Shown here: positions 1 through 9,281 of the stretch, piece by piece
Numbering within the stretch: position 1 is the stretch's first letter
How the letters are laid out: every line of letters begins with the position of its first letter
Assembly: GCA_965219385.1 (NCBI GenBank)
Contig: CBDCNM010000002.1
Span: forward strand, 2,288,936-2,352,935
Source of the DNA: Candidatus Latescibacterota bacterium
Lineage (GTDB): Bacteria; Latescibacterota; UBA2968; UBA8231
DNA length: 64,000 nucleotides
Reading direction: 5' to 3'
The notes under the pieces: model-generated
The model's database searches: none
What the model saw: only the letters and a program-made list of their open reading frames with translations
What the model was told of the DNA's origin: nothing
Made by a program: the position numbers and the translations under genes

Positions 1-812
1 ACCGTGCTGTGCCGTCGAGACGAACTCCTGGGAAGGGCGTCGCCGCGGGGGGCGTCGCCGCGGCGTTCGCGTACGCCTTCGTGGATCGCGAGTTGCGGCT
101 CGGCGAGTTCGGTGCCTGGCTGAAGGTCCAGGAATCCATGCGCAGCGAGCGTCCGGCCGCCGACAGCATGCTGACCGCCTGCGAGGATGCCGTAGCGCGC
201 TTCCTGCCGGGTTACGGGAACCTGCGACTTGGCAGCGACGACCGCCCGCAGCTCTGGATTGACCAAGGTACGACGGCGATTCCGGTCCGGCAGCTCTCGG
301 ATGGCGAACGCGGGATACTGGCTCTCGTATTGGACCTGACCCGGAGGCTTGCGCAGGCCAACCCCAATTTCACCGACCCGGCCTCCGAAGCCGAAGCGGT
401 CGTCCTGATCGACGAGATTGACCTGCATCTGCATCCCAAATGGCAGCGCCAGATCATTCACAACCTGACCACCACTTTCCCGCGCTGCCAGTTCATCGCG
501 ACGACTCACTCACCGCAGGTCGTGGCGTCCGTCGAGCCCGATCAGGTTCATCTTTTGGCTCCTGTTGGAATCATCCATCCGGACCGCAGTCTTGGGATGG
601 ATTCAAACTGGATTCTACGCCACCTCATGGAGGCCGATGACCGACCCGAGGATGCGATGGCTGCCATTCAATCTGTTGAGAACTTGATTGCGAAAGGAAC
701 CTTCGAGGAAGCGCACGCCGCGATCTCAGAGGCTAAGAAGAACGGGCTTGACCTACCAGAGTGGTCCGTTCTTGAAGCGCGCATAGCTCGACTGGAGGTT
801 TTGGCCGAATGA
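1..812 (+). CDS. ABC/AAA-family ATPase, PtuA/Septu-like (5' end outside window)
   Basis: ABC signature LSDGER, Walker B/D-loop VVLIDEIDLHLHPKWQR and H-switch IATTHSP; Walker A not in window; stop overlaps the next ATG (ATGA). Confidence 0.9.
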   Translation, partial: RAVPSRRTPGKGVAAGGVAAAFAYAFVDRELRLGEFGAWLKVQESMRSERPAADSMLTACEDAVARFLPGYGNLRLGSDDRPQLWIDQGTTAIPVRQLSDGERGILALVLDLTRRLAQANPNFTDPASEAEAVVLIDEIDLHLHPKWQRQIIHNLTTTFPRCQFIATTHSPQVVASVEPDQVHLLAPVGIIHPDRSLGMDSNWILRHLMEADDRPEDAMAAIQSVENLIAKGTFEEAHAAISEAKKNGLDLPEWSVLEARIARLEVLAE

Positions 813-1519
813 AGTACATCCAGAAGACCGGATGCCCGCACTCTTATTCCAAGTGGTGCGCTGCAGTTGCGGGAACGAATAAGTCTGATTGGCGTGAGGT
901 GCCTTCGACCCAAAAGGACCAAATATTGGCGGCTATGATTGCAGAGCAAGGCGGGTTGTGTGCCTATACGATGCGTCGGATTGACAAGGATTCATCGCAT
1001 TTGGAGCATATCAAGCCACAGAGTCGCTGCCGGAAGGACCTGCGTGGGTCTGACTTGGACTACTCCAATTTGATAGCGTGTTTCCCACGGCGCGATGTGA
1101 AAGGACAGCCTCGCTATGGCGCACGGCTTAAGGATAATTGGTGGGAGAACGATGGCACCGAATTCGTGTCTCCGCTTCAGCCTGCTTGCGAACAGGTCTT
1201 TCGATTCAAGCTTGATGGTAAGATTGAGGCAGTCGGCAATCGAACCGAAGCCAGAACCACGATTGCCGTCCTCGGCCTCGATCACAGAAGTCTTACCGAA
1301 GACCGAAAGCGCTTCATTGAGGAGTTCATCTACGGGCAGACGGGGGATAACCCAATGTCTTACACCGCCGCGCAGCGTGCACGAGACAAGATTTGCGATC
1401 TTAACGGGAATAATCTCTTCTACGAGTTCTGTGTTGCAATACGAGCAGCCCTAGAAGAGCATATGGCAGCCCTCAAGAAACTCCGCCAGCGCAGGAGATA
1501 TGCGCGGAAGAGCAGATAA
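809..1519 (+). CDS. HNH endonuclease, PtuB/retron-associated (TIGR02646-like)
   Basis: EQGGLCAY...HLEHIKPQS...LDYSNLIAC pattern and later TIAVLGL motif; coupled to the ATPase. Confidence 0.85.
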   Translation: MKYIQKTGCPHSYSKWCAAVAGTNKSDWREVPSTQKDQILAAMIAEQGGLCAYTMRRIDKDSSHLEHIKPQSRCRKDLRGSDLDYSNLIACFPRRDVKGQPRYGARLKDNWWENDGTEFVSPLQPACEQVFRFKLDGKIEAVGNRTEARTTIAVLGLDHRSLTEDRKRFIEEFIYGQTGDNPMSYTAAQRARDKICDLNGNNLFYEFCVAIRAALEEHMAALKKLRQRRRYARKSR

Positions 1520-1520
1520 C

Positions 1521-4500
1521 TTGCCGAGTGACGACAGGCATTCGGAAGCCGCCTTCGAGATCGTAATCGAAGCGCACCTGCTCCAGAACGAATACGTTCC
1601 CGTTTCCCGCGAGGGCTTCGACCGCGACCGCGCGATCTTCCCCGACACCGTCCTCGCGTTCATCCGCGAGACCCAGCCCGTGGAATGGGCCAAGCTAGAA
1701 GCGCTCCACGGCGACCAAACCGGCGAGCAGATTCTCACGGACCTGTGCAAGTGGATGGACGCCAACGGCTCGCTCGCAACCCTGCGCCACGGCTTCAAGT
1801 GCTACGGGCGAACGCTCCATGCGGCGTTTTTCAAGGCGGCTCACGAACTGAACCCAGAGCTCGAAGCCCGCTACGCAGCTAACCAACTCGGACTCACCCG
1901 CCAGCTTCGTTTCTCCCCTCAGTCGGAGAAATCGCTCGACGTAACCCTAAGCCTGAACGGCATCCCCATCGCCACGGTGGAGCTCAAAAACCCGCTCACC
2001 GGGCAGACGGTAGAGGATGCGATCCATCAGTACCGGCGCGACCGCGATCCCCGCGAGTCGATCTTCGAGTTCAAACGCCGCACACTCGTCCATTTCGCTG
2101 TTGATACCGAATGCGTGCGCATGACCACGCGCCTGGCCGGCGACGCGACTCACTTCCTGCCGTTCGACAAGGGATGTGACGGCGGTGCCGGGAATCCGCC
2201 CGATCCGGCGGGCCGCAGCTATCGGACGGCCTACCTTTGGGAGGAAGTGCTCGCCCGGGACAGCCTGCTCGATGTGCTCGCCCGGTTCATCCATTTGCAG
2301 ATCGAGGAGAAGCGTGACGACCAGGGCAGAAAGGTGAAGGTCGAGTCGATGATTTTCCCGCGCTACCACCAGCTCGATGCCGTCCGGCTGCTGGTGCAGG
2401 CGGCTCGCGACGAGGGCGTCGGGAACAACTACCTCATCGAGCACTCGGCGGGCAGCGGCAAGAGCAACACGATCGGCTGGCTCGCGCACCGCCTCGCTTC
2501 CCTGCACGACGAGGCAAACGAGCGCGTCTTCGACAGCGTGATCGTGGTGACTGATCGCGTCGTGCTAGACCAGCAGCTGCAAGACACGATCTACCAGTTC
2601 GAGCACAAGCTCGGCGTCGTGCAGAAGATCGACGAGCGCTCCCGTCAACTCGCCGAAGCCCTTGAGAACGCGGTCCCCATCATCATCACCACGCTGCAGA
2701 AGTTCCCCTTTGTGTCGCGGCAGTTGCTCAAGACGGCCAAGGAGCGAGGTATCCAGGGGACGGGTACGCTGCCCACGCGACGCTGCGCGGTAATCGTCGA
2801 CGAAGCCCACAGCTCGCAGGGAGGGGAGACGGCGACGGACCTCAAGGAGGTCCTCGGCGGCGAAGACCTGCGGGAGGAGGCTCGAAAGCGTGCGGAGGAG
2901 GAGGGGCGCGAGGATCTGGAAGAGCTGTTCCGCAGCATGGCCAAGCGCGGCCGGCAGGCGAACCTGAGTTTCTTCGCCTTCACGGCCACGCCCAAACACA
3001 AGACCCTTGCCGTGTTCGGTCGGGACGGAGAGCCGATCCATCGCTACACCATGCGGCAGGCGGTCGAGGAAGAGTTCATCCTCGACGTGCTCAAGCACTA
3101 CACCACGTACGCGACCTACTTCAAACTGCTTAAGGCCTGCGAAGACGATCCAAACGTCGAGCGGAAGAAAGCAGCGCGTGCGCTGGCGCGCTTTCTGCGC
3201 CTGCACCCCCACAACATCGCGCAGAAGACCGAGGTGATGGTGGAGCACTTCCACGCCGTCACGCGCCACAAGATCGGTGGCCGAGCCAAAGCGATGGTCG
3301 TCATCGGCTCCCGGCTGGAAGCGGTGCGATACAAGCAGAGCTTTGATCGTTACATCCAGGAGAAGGGATACGCGATTAAGACGCTGGTCGCCTTCTCGGG
3401 GATGGTTCAGGACGACAAGCTCCCGGACGTGGCGTACACCGAGGAGAAGATGAACTCCGGCATCCGGGAGAAGGAGCTTCCGGAGAAGTTCGCAACACAG
3501 GAATACCAAGTGCTGCTGGTCGCGGAGAAATATCAGACCGGGTTCGATCAGCCGCTCCTGCACACGATGTACGTGGACAAGCGGCTCGCTGGCATCCAGG
3601 CCGTCCAGACGCTGTCGCGACTCAACCGCATCCATCCGCTGAAGGAGGACACTTTTGTTCTCGACTTCGTAAACGACCGTGAAGAAATCCGCGAGGCGTT
3701 CAAGGTCTATTACGAAGGTGTGGAAATGGGGGAAGAAGTGGATCCCGCCCGAATGTACGCGGTCAAGGGAGAACTCGACGCCTCCGGGATCTATCTCGAT
3801 GAAGAGGTCGAGCGGTTCTGTGCCGTGTACTTCAAGCCAAGGCAGCGTCAGAGCGCCCAGGACCACCAGGCGATGAACGCCGCGCTCGATCCCGCGGTGT
3901 CGCGCTTTACCAGCCTGCAGAAAGACGAGGAGGACGAGGCGGAGCTCTGGCGCGGAAAGGTTCAAGCGTTCCGCAACCTTTACGGCTTCCTGAGTCAGAT
4001 CATCCCGTACCAGGACTCGGACCTGGAGCGCCTGTACGTGTTCCTGCGCCATCTGGCGGCAAAGCTGCCACGGCGCCGGAGCGGTCGGGCCTATCAGTTT
4101 GACGACGAGGTGCGACTCGAGTACTACCGTCTGCAGAAGATCAGCGAAGACTCGATCTCCCTCGCGGAGGGTGACGCGCATGCCCTGGATGGGCCGACCG
4201 AGGTCGGCAGCGGCGCTGGGCACGAGGAGTCGGTGCCGCTTTCGCAGCTTATTGACGTTGTCAACGAACGCTTCGGCACAGATTTTAATCAGGCCGACCA
4301 GCTCTTCTTCGATCAGATCGTCGAGGCGGCGGTGGGTGACGACGGATTGCGCCAGGCAGCCGCGGTGAACCCGGAGGAAAAGTTCGAACTGGTATTCAGG
4401 AATCTTCTGGAACGACTCTTTGTCGAGCGCATGGACCAGAACGAGGAGATTTTTGTCCGCTACATGAACGACGAGTCCTTCCAGCAGACCGTCAGCGGCT

Positions 4501-5090
4501 GGATGGCCTCCGAAGCGTATCGACGGCTGCGGACCGGCTCGGTCGCGGCAGAGGAATTGCCAACGGACCGGGCGTTTCCGGCGGGACTGCGTCTGGTGGA
4601 AGGCCGGCCCGAGGACCGCTACGTGACCTGCGTGCCGTTTGTCCCGCTCAGGGCCGCAGCGGGTGCCTTCGGCGACCCCCAGCACATCGAGGACGACGGC
4701 TTCGAGTGGGCGGCCGTGGATTCACGCCACCGCTTGCGACCAGGGATGTTCGTCGCGCGGATCGTGGGCCACTCAATGGAACCCGCGGTCCCCCATGGAG
4801 CGTATGGTTTGTTCCGCGCGCCCGTGGAGGGCACGCGCCAGGGTAAGACGGTGCTGGTTCAACTCCACGACGGTGTCGACCCCGAGACCGGGGCGCGGTA
4901 CACCCTCAAGCGGTACGAAAGTAAGAAGGTCCAGGATGGTGACTCCTGGCGGCACGCAAAGATCACGTTGAAGCCGACCAATCCCGAGTTCGAGCCCATC
5001 GTCCTCACCTACGCCGACGAGGGTGAGGTGGCAGTCGTGGCGGAACTGGTGGAGGTGATCGCTGCAATGCCTTCTGACGGCCGCCGATAA
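1521..5090 (+). CDS. hsdR: Type I restriction enzyme R subunit with C-terminal S24 (LexA-like) peptidase domain
   Basis: Nuclease [14 protein letters not shown], Walker [33 protein letters not shown]; tail has AAAG, GHSMEP, TLKRY. Start is TTG 1521 or ATG 1500. Confidence 0.95.
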   Translation: MPSDDRHSEAAFEIVIEAHLLQNEYVPVSREGFDRDRAIFPDTVLAFIRETQPVEWAKLEALHGDQTGEQILTDLCKWMDANGSLATLRHGFKCYGRTLHAAFFKAAHELNPELEARYAANQLGLTRQLRFSPQSEKSLDVTLSLNGIPIATVELKNPLTGQTVEDAIHQYRRDRDPRESIFEFKRRTLVHFAVDTECVRMTTRLAGDATHFLPFDKGCDGGAGNPPDPAGRSYRTAYLWEEVLARDSLLDVLARFIHLQIEEKRDDQGRKVKVESMIFPRYHQLDAVRLLVQAARDEGVGNNYLIEHSAGSGKSNTIGWLAHRLASLHDEANERVFDSVIVVTDRVVLDQQLQDTIYQFEHKLGVVQKIDERSRQLAEALENAVPIIITTLQKFPFVSRQLLKTAKERGIQGTGTLPTRRCAVIVDEAHSSQGGETATDLKEVLGGEDLREEARKRAEEEGREDLEELFRSMAKRGRQANLSFFAFTATPKHKTLAVFGRDGEPIHRYTMRQAVEEEFILDVLKHYTTYATYFKLLKACEDDPNVERKKAARALARFLRLHPHNIAQKTEVMVEHFHAVTRHKIGGRAKAMVVIGSRLEAVRYKQSFDRYIQEKGYAIKTLVAFSGMVQDDKLPDVAYTEEKMNSGIREKELPEKFATQEYQVLLVAEKYQTGFDQPLLHTMYVDKRLAGIQAVQTLSRLNRIHPLKEDTFVLDFVNDREEIREAFKVYYEGVEMGEEVDPARMYAVKGELDASGIYLDEEVERFCAVYFKPRQRQSAQDHQAMNAALDPAVSRFTSLQKDEEDEAELWRGKVQAFRNLYGFLSQIIPYQDSDLERLYVFLRHLAAKLPRRRSGRAYQFDDEVRLEYYRLQKISEDSISLAEGDAHALDGPTEVGSGAGHEESVPLSQLIDVVNERFGTDFNQADQLFFDQIVEAAVGDDGLRQAAAVNPEEKFELVFRNLLERLFVERMDQNEEIFVRYMNDESFQQTVSGWMASEAYRRLRTGSVAAEELPTDRAFPAGLRLVEGRPEDRYVTCVPFVPLRAAAGAFGDPQHIEDDGFEWAAVDSRHRLRPGMFVARIVGHSMEPAVPHGAYGLFRAPVEGTRQGKTVLVQLHDGVDPETGARYTLKRYESKKVQDGDSWRHAKITLKPTNPEFEPIVLTYADEGEVAVVAELVEVIAAMPSDGRR

Positions 5091-5262
5091 GGCGCGGTCG
5101 TGACGGGGGCAGGTGCGCGCCGCACGAATGTAGAAAAGGCCGATGATATTGAAGAGGATCATCCCCAGCGGAATGGAACAGCCGATCCAGAACACCCTGG
5201 AGCGCAGGAGCCCGTGGCCCCCGCCCTCGATCCGAGCCGCGGCATTTCCATCAAGATCTTTC

Positions 5263-5291
5263 TTGACGCCTGGACCTCATAATCCTATAAT
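5263..5291 (+). promoter_or_regulatory. sigma70-type promoter
   Basis: TTGACG-17 nt-TATAAT, followed by an AAGGGGAG RBS. Confidence 0.75.
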
Positions 5292-5325
5292 GGTAATGGA
5301 ATAATACGAAAGGGGAGTATACGTG

Positions 5326-5439
5326 ATGGTTGTGCCACGAGAGAAATTCTCCAGTCAGGCCTCGCCGGAATTGCTGGCCGCAGTGCGAGAGCGGGATCAG
5401 CACAATCGCCGCGTGCGTTGCGTCAGAGTTGCGACCTGA
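5326..5439 (+). pseudogene. Truncated N-terminus of a small antitoxin-like protein
   Basis: MVVPREKFSSQASPELLAAVRE resembles, from memory, the N-termini of small proteins found upstream of Doc/Fic toxins; similarity ends after about 22 codons. Confidence 0.45.
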
Positions 5440-5494
5440 TGGGCATGCGGGAGCGCCCCACTTAATCTGATAACCCTTTGGAAAGGAATCACCG

Positions 5495-5929
5495 ATGGAT
5501 CTCAGAAAATTACTCTCAGTCCCCGGCTATTCCCCCTTTGCCGACATCGCCCTCTTGTTGCTGCGGCTGGTCGCCGGCCTCGCCTTTGTCTTCCACGGCT
5601 GGCCGAAGATCCAGAATCCCTTCGGCTGGATGGGTCCGGACGGCTTCGCTCCCGGCCTGTTTCAAGCCCTGGCCGCCCTCTCCGAGTTCACCGGCGGCCT
5701 CGCCTGGATCGTGGGCCTGCTGATACCCCTTTCCTCGTTGGGCATTGCCTGCACCATGGTCGTCGCCGTCTGCATGCACGCCTTCATGCGCGGCGACCCC
5801 TTCGTCTCCGCGGGCGGCTCATCCTACGAGCTCGCGGCGATCTATTTCTGCATCTCCATCCTGCTCCTGGCAGCCGGACCGGGGCGATTCTCCGCAGATA
5901 GAAAGATCTTCGGTTCGCGCTTACCATGA
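5495..5929 (+). CDS. DoxX family membrane protein
   Basis: LLLRL..G..F..HG..K, EF.GG and GPGRFS.D motifs; AAGGA RBS. Confidence 0.9.
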   Translation: MDLRKLLSVPGYSPFADIALLLLRLVAGLAFVFHGWPKIQNPFGWMGPDGFAPGLFQALAALSEFTGGLAWIVGLLIPLSSLGIACTMVVAVCMHAFMRGDPFVSAGGSSYELAAIYFCISILLLAAGPGRFSADRKIFGSRLP

Positions 5930-6159
5930 TCCACATCGGAACCGGTTTGACAGGTTTCGACGACCCTCTGTTACGGTCGACCTGATAGTCCGCGCAGTAG
6001 CCCACGCCGGTGTCAGGTCGTTCGCCTGGCAGAAAGCAAGTAGAGAGCTGAGTTCTCCCGGTCGGCTCGGAAACCGGTCAGACCACTTCACCTTTACTAC
6101 CCAGACTGGCTTTTGGGCTGCGTTGAGCCGTACCATGTCAACTACGCCGCACCTCTCTG

Positions 6160-7968
6160 TTAATCCCCTACCACTTGTATCTGAAGGGTTTGAGTGCCTT
6201 CGATATACAGATCGACATCTTCCTGCGTGGACACCGTTGGCGGGGGACCCGAAGAAGGAAACGGGGGTCCGAAACCCGGCCCGGAATCGGGCGGAGAGTC
6301 CGAACCCGTGTCTTCTTCGATTGGCATGACGTAGGTCAACCGGGCCTTCAGCAGGACGTTTTCGTCCGCTCCATTCACCCGTGCAAAAACATCCTCGAGC
6401 GTCTCCTCGCCCCCGAAATCATCAAACGGTGGAAACAGTCCGAACAACGGGCGATCTCCCCCGCCGGCGTCTTCTCCCAATGCCGCGGCGGAACCTGCCT
6501 CGAGCTGGTAGACGCCGGCGGGCAGCGTATCCGGCACGGCGAGCGCTAGCTCGATTTCCCGGTCGAGGCGCCGTCCCACGCGTAGCGAGGTAGTAACGGC
6601 CAACGTGCTCCCGGGACTGACAACGGTGTCCGCAGAGACCTCCACCACCTTGGCGAAGCGCGGCTCCGGGATCATTTCGACGTGGACCTCGGCGTCGCTG
6701 AGCTGCAAGGCGTAATCGTTCCTCGTCATAAGTTCCAAGAGTGCGGATGACAGGTCGGAAGAGGCACTGGAAATCAAAGATGAAAGTTTTCCATTCGGCT
6801 CCGCGTAAAGGCGGGTGCGGGCAAGCACCGAGTCGGTGCCGGAAAAGGAGATATTCGTCGTCAGGCGGAGACTGTGGTCCGGCTCGTCTTCGATCCGGTT
6901 GTCCAAGGGACTGAAAGAAGCACTGGTGACGAGACTAAGGGTGGTATACGGGTTGAGACCGATGGTGGCCATCCGGTGCGTCAGTTCGAGCTCGCTCCCC
7001 GAGGGAAACGTATACACGCTCCTGATCGGAACCAACTCCGGCCCCTCGTCGAGCACGCCGCGCACCGCGGGCAACCGGTCTTCGGTCAGGGTTCCCCGCA
7101 CCGTCGGGTTCAGCGTTGCAAACTTGAACGGAGCAGAGAGATTGGAAATTTCCCCGAGCACCTTTGCCTCGATTATGGGAAGCTCAACCGGACCGACTCC
7201 AAACATGGGATGCCCAAACCCATATATCCGGTTGCCGTCGACGTAGGATATGGTTCCGATCCCACCTCCGGTTATTTCCCCGAGCAGCAAACCAATCGCC
7301 AGCGGCCTTCCGGCTTCGAAGCTCTCCTGGCGATCCTGGGTCAGCCCGGCGGAGACTGCCTCACTCAGGAGGGACGATCCCCCTCCAGGCGGCGGCTGCG
7401 GACCGTTGAGTCCCGTGATCAGAAAGGGAATCTCCAGAGGGGTGATACGGGCCCCCTCCCACGTGGCCGCGGGTTTGGCCGCGGGTTGGGCCGCGGGCAG
7501 CGTTCCCCGGGAGCCGATCACCCATTCTATGGGGGTGGCAAAGAAGTAGAACGGCGGGCTGTCCTGGGACCCGAATCCATAGGCGATGGCGCCCCAGGTG
7601 CCCTGCTCCGTGAAAACGGGCGAGCCGCTCATGCCCTTGGCGATTCCCTTGAGCTGTATCAGAACAGGATCCGAGGCTTCGACCATGTAGACCGGCATGG
7701 GCTGCAGGAAATCGTCGACTACCTGGACGAAGGTCATCTCGAGGTCGGCGAGCTCGCCGTTGGCGAACTCGGTGCGCAGGAAAACGGGGGTTCCCGGGGG
7801 CATGGAACGAACCGAGTCAACCGGCACGATGGCGGAAAGATCCCAGGGCTGAAGTTCCCCGGTCGGCCGAAGAACCGTTTCTTCCGGAGCGGCCGGTGGA
7901 GCCTCGTCATCATCTCCACAGGACCACAGGCAAATCACGAGGGCGAGCAATGCTAAACGGATCGACAT
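6160..7968 (-). CDS. Lipoprotein with SpoIVB/S55-type peptidase domain
   Basis: Lipobox LWSC; GIAKGMSGSPV and YGFGHP motifs; GAGGAG RBS. Confidence 0.8.
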   Translation of the reverse strand: MSIRLALLALVICLWSCGDDDEAPPAAPEETVLRPTGELQPWDLSAIVPVDSVRSMPPGTPVFLRTEFANGELADLEMTFVQVVDDFLQPMPVYMVEASDPVLIQLKGIAKGMSGSPVFTEQGTWGAIAYGFGSQDSPPFYFFATPIEWVIGSRGTLPAAQPAAKPAATWEGARITPLEIPFLITGLNGPQPPPGGGSSLLSEAVSAGLTQDRQESFEAGRPLAIGLLLGEITGGGIGTISYVDGNRIYGFGHPMFGVGPVELPIIEAKVLGEISNLSAPFKFATLNPTVRGTLTEDRLPAVRGVLDEGPELVPIRSVYTFPSGSELELTHRMATIGLNPYTTLSLVTSASFSPLDNRIEDEPDHSLRLTTNISFSGTDSVLARTRLYAEPNGKLSSLISSASSDLSSALLELMTRNDYALQLSDAEVHVEMIPEPRFAKVVEVSADTVVSPGSTLAVTTSLRVGRRLDREIELALAVPDTLPAGVYQLEAGSAAALGEDAGGGDRPLFGLFPPFDDFGGEETLEDVFARVNGADENVLLKARLTYVMPIEEDTGSDSPPDSGPGFGPPFPSSGPPPTVSTQEDVDLYIEGTQTLQIQVVGD

Positions 7969-8084
7969 GATAACTCCTCTCCTTTATCAGGTAGTAGATC
8001 AAAAGATTTTAGTAAAAAGAAACGCTCTTTCTTATATTCATTTTCGTTGTAAGCAAGAACCCCGGACTCCGGCGAAAGTTCCAG

Positions 8085-8126
8085 GAGCACAAAGACGAGG
8101 TTCGGGCGTTTGGGTGCCCGTGCCAT
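8085..8126 (-). pseudogene. Sulfatase N-terminal stub
   Basis: RBS GAAGGGAG, then MARAPKRPNLVFVL (typical sulfatase start), then AT-rich non-coding-looking sequence. Confidence 0.5.
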
Positions 8127-8167
8127 GGAAGTCTCCCTTCGGCGAGGCTCAATGCTCGTGGCGCTGA

Positions 8168-8980
8168 CTACAGGGCGAGGTTTTCGGCACTGAAGAAATC
8201 GTTCGGCTGGCCGTTCTTGAAGTCGTGCACCCAAACCCCGCGGAAGAGAGTCTGCCGCTTGGGTGGCATCGTGGCGATGACCTCCAGCGGCAGGTTCATC
8301 TTGTGGTACTGCGACTCTGCTCGACTGTAGCAATTGAATACGGCGATCCGGGGGCGCTCCTCATTGGTCCAAAGAGGGCCGGCGTGACACACGCTCTCTG
8401 AGAAGATCACCACTGAACCGGGCGGGCAAACGTACGACTCGTACAGGGGCGAGTCCATCTGCCTGTGGGCTTGGTGAATCGGGAAGTTGGCCTTGTGTGA
8501 TCCGGACATGAAGAGCGTGCCGCCGTCGCCTTCTTCCACTGGGTTCAGTTCCCACACGACGCGCGTGAGGCCGCTGAAGATCCCGAGATTGACGCATTGG
8601 TACGCAAACATGCCGGTACCGACCCCGCCGCCGTGCGGATCAATCCCCTTAAAGTCGGTGCGGCGCACCATATTGAAGCCGTTTTCGCAGCGAAAACCGT
8701 AGCAGTCTTCGCTGCGGTCCTGGGCGAGAATCTCGCGCAGCACTCCAACCACAACCGGATGATCCAGCAGGATCTGCGACGGACCACTCACGGCGTAGCG
8801 CTCGAGCGGGTCCAGGGACTCCGGGTCTTCTTTCAGCGCGATCACGTGGGCTTTGACCGATTCGCTCTCCTCGTCGGTCAACGCGCCGGGAATGGCGATC
8901 CAGCCCTTGAGATCAAAGATGAACTTTTGCTCATCCGTCATGGGGACCGCATCGACCTGACCGTTCGTCTGCGTCGTCAT
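8168..8980 (-). CDS. Phytanoyl-CoA dioxygenase (PhyH) family protein
   Basis: QKFIFDLKGW, HGG, GGTLFMSGSHK and VIFSE...H motifs; start at MTTQT after GAGG. Confidence 0.85.
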   Translation of the reverse strand: MTTQTNGQVDAVPMTDEQKFIFDLKGWIAIPGALTDEESESVKAHVIALKEDPESLDPLERYAVSGPSQILLDHPVVVGVLREILAQDRSEDCYGFRCENGFNMVRRTDFKGIDPHGGGVGTGMFAYQCVNLGIFSGLTRVVWELNPVEEGDGGTLFMSGSHKANFPIHQAHRQMDSPLYESYVCPPGSVVIFSESVCHAGPLWTNEERPRIAVFNCYSRAESQYHKMNLPLEVIATMPPKRQTLFRGVWVHDFKNGQPNDFFSAENLAL

Positions 8981-9150
8981 CGGTGTCGCTTCCTCTATTT
9001 CGTGTTGGCCGTCAAAGATCGATCCGGGAGCGCAGCTTTTCCAGCTCCGGCGGGGGATCATGAGCCTCGCCACGATCTGTCCGGTCCGGTCAATCGTTGC
9101 GGTTTCGGCACGGCTAGCGTCCCCGTGAGGGCAGACCCTTGGCTGCCAGG

Positions 9151-9179
9151 AAGGTACGAATGGAACCAGGATCGGTCAA
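9151..9179 (-). promoter_or_regulatory. Possible sigma70 promoter for the PhyH gene
   Basis: TTGACC-17 nt-TACCTT on the minus strand. Confidence 0.4.
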
Positions 9180-9281
9180 GGCGGCGACGATCTTCACTAT
9201 TGCACTGGGGCGGATTTTTATCGTTGCGGGATTTCAGGCCGGCAATCATTGCTATTGTCGTCCCGCCAGGCGCCCGGCAGG

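Noticed and set aside
1..1520. Calling the ATPase+HNH pair a retron
   Set aside because: No reverse transcriptase or msr/msd in the window; upstream sequence is unavailable
2565..4685. 706-aa minus-strand ORF and similar long overlapping ORFs (13425-14942, 29264-30637, 41417-42988, 45875-47425)
   Set aside because: Shadow frames of well-supported genes in GC-rich DNA, with no recognisable motifs
5930..6160. Hairpin CGACCTGATA...TGTCAGGTCG and a TTGACA between convergent genes as an ncRNA
   Set aside because: No recognisable family and no good -10 box
8981..9150. Riboswitch in the long PhyH leader
   Set aside because: GC-rich hairpins are possible, but no known aptamer consensus was recognised
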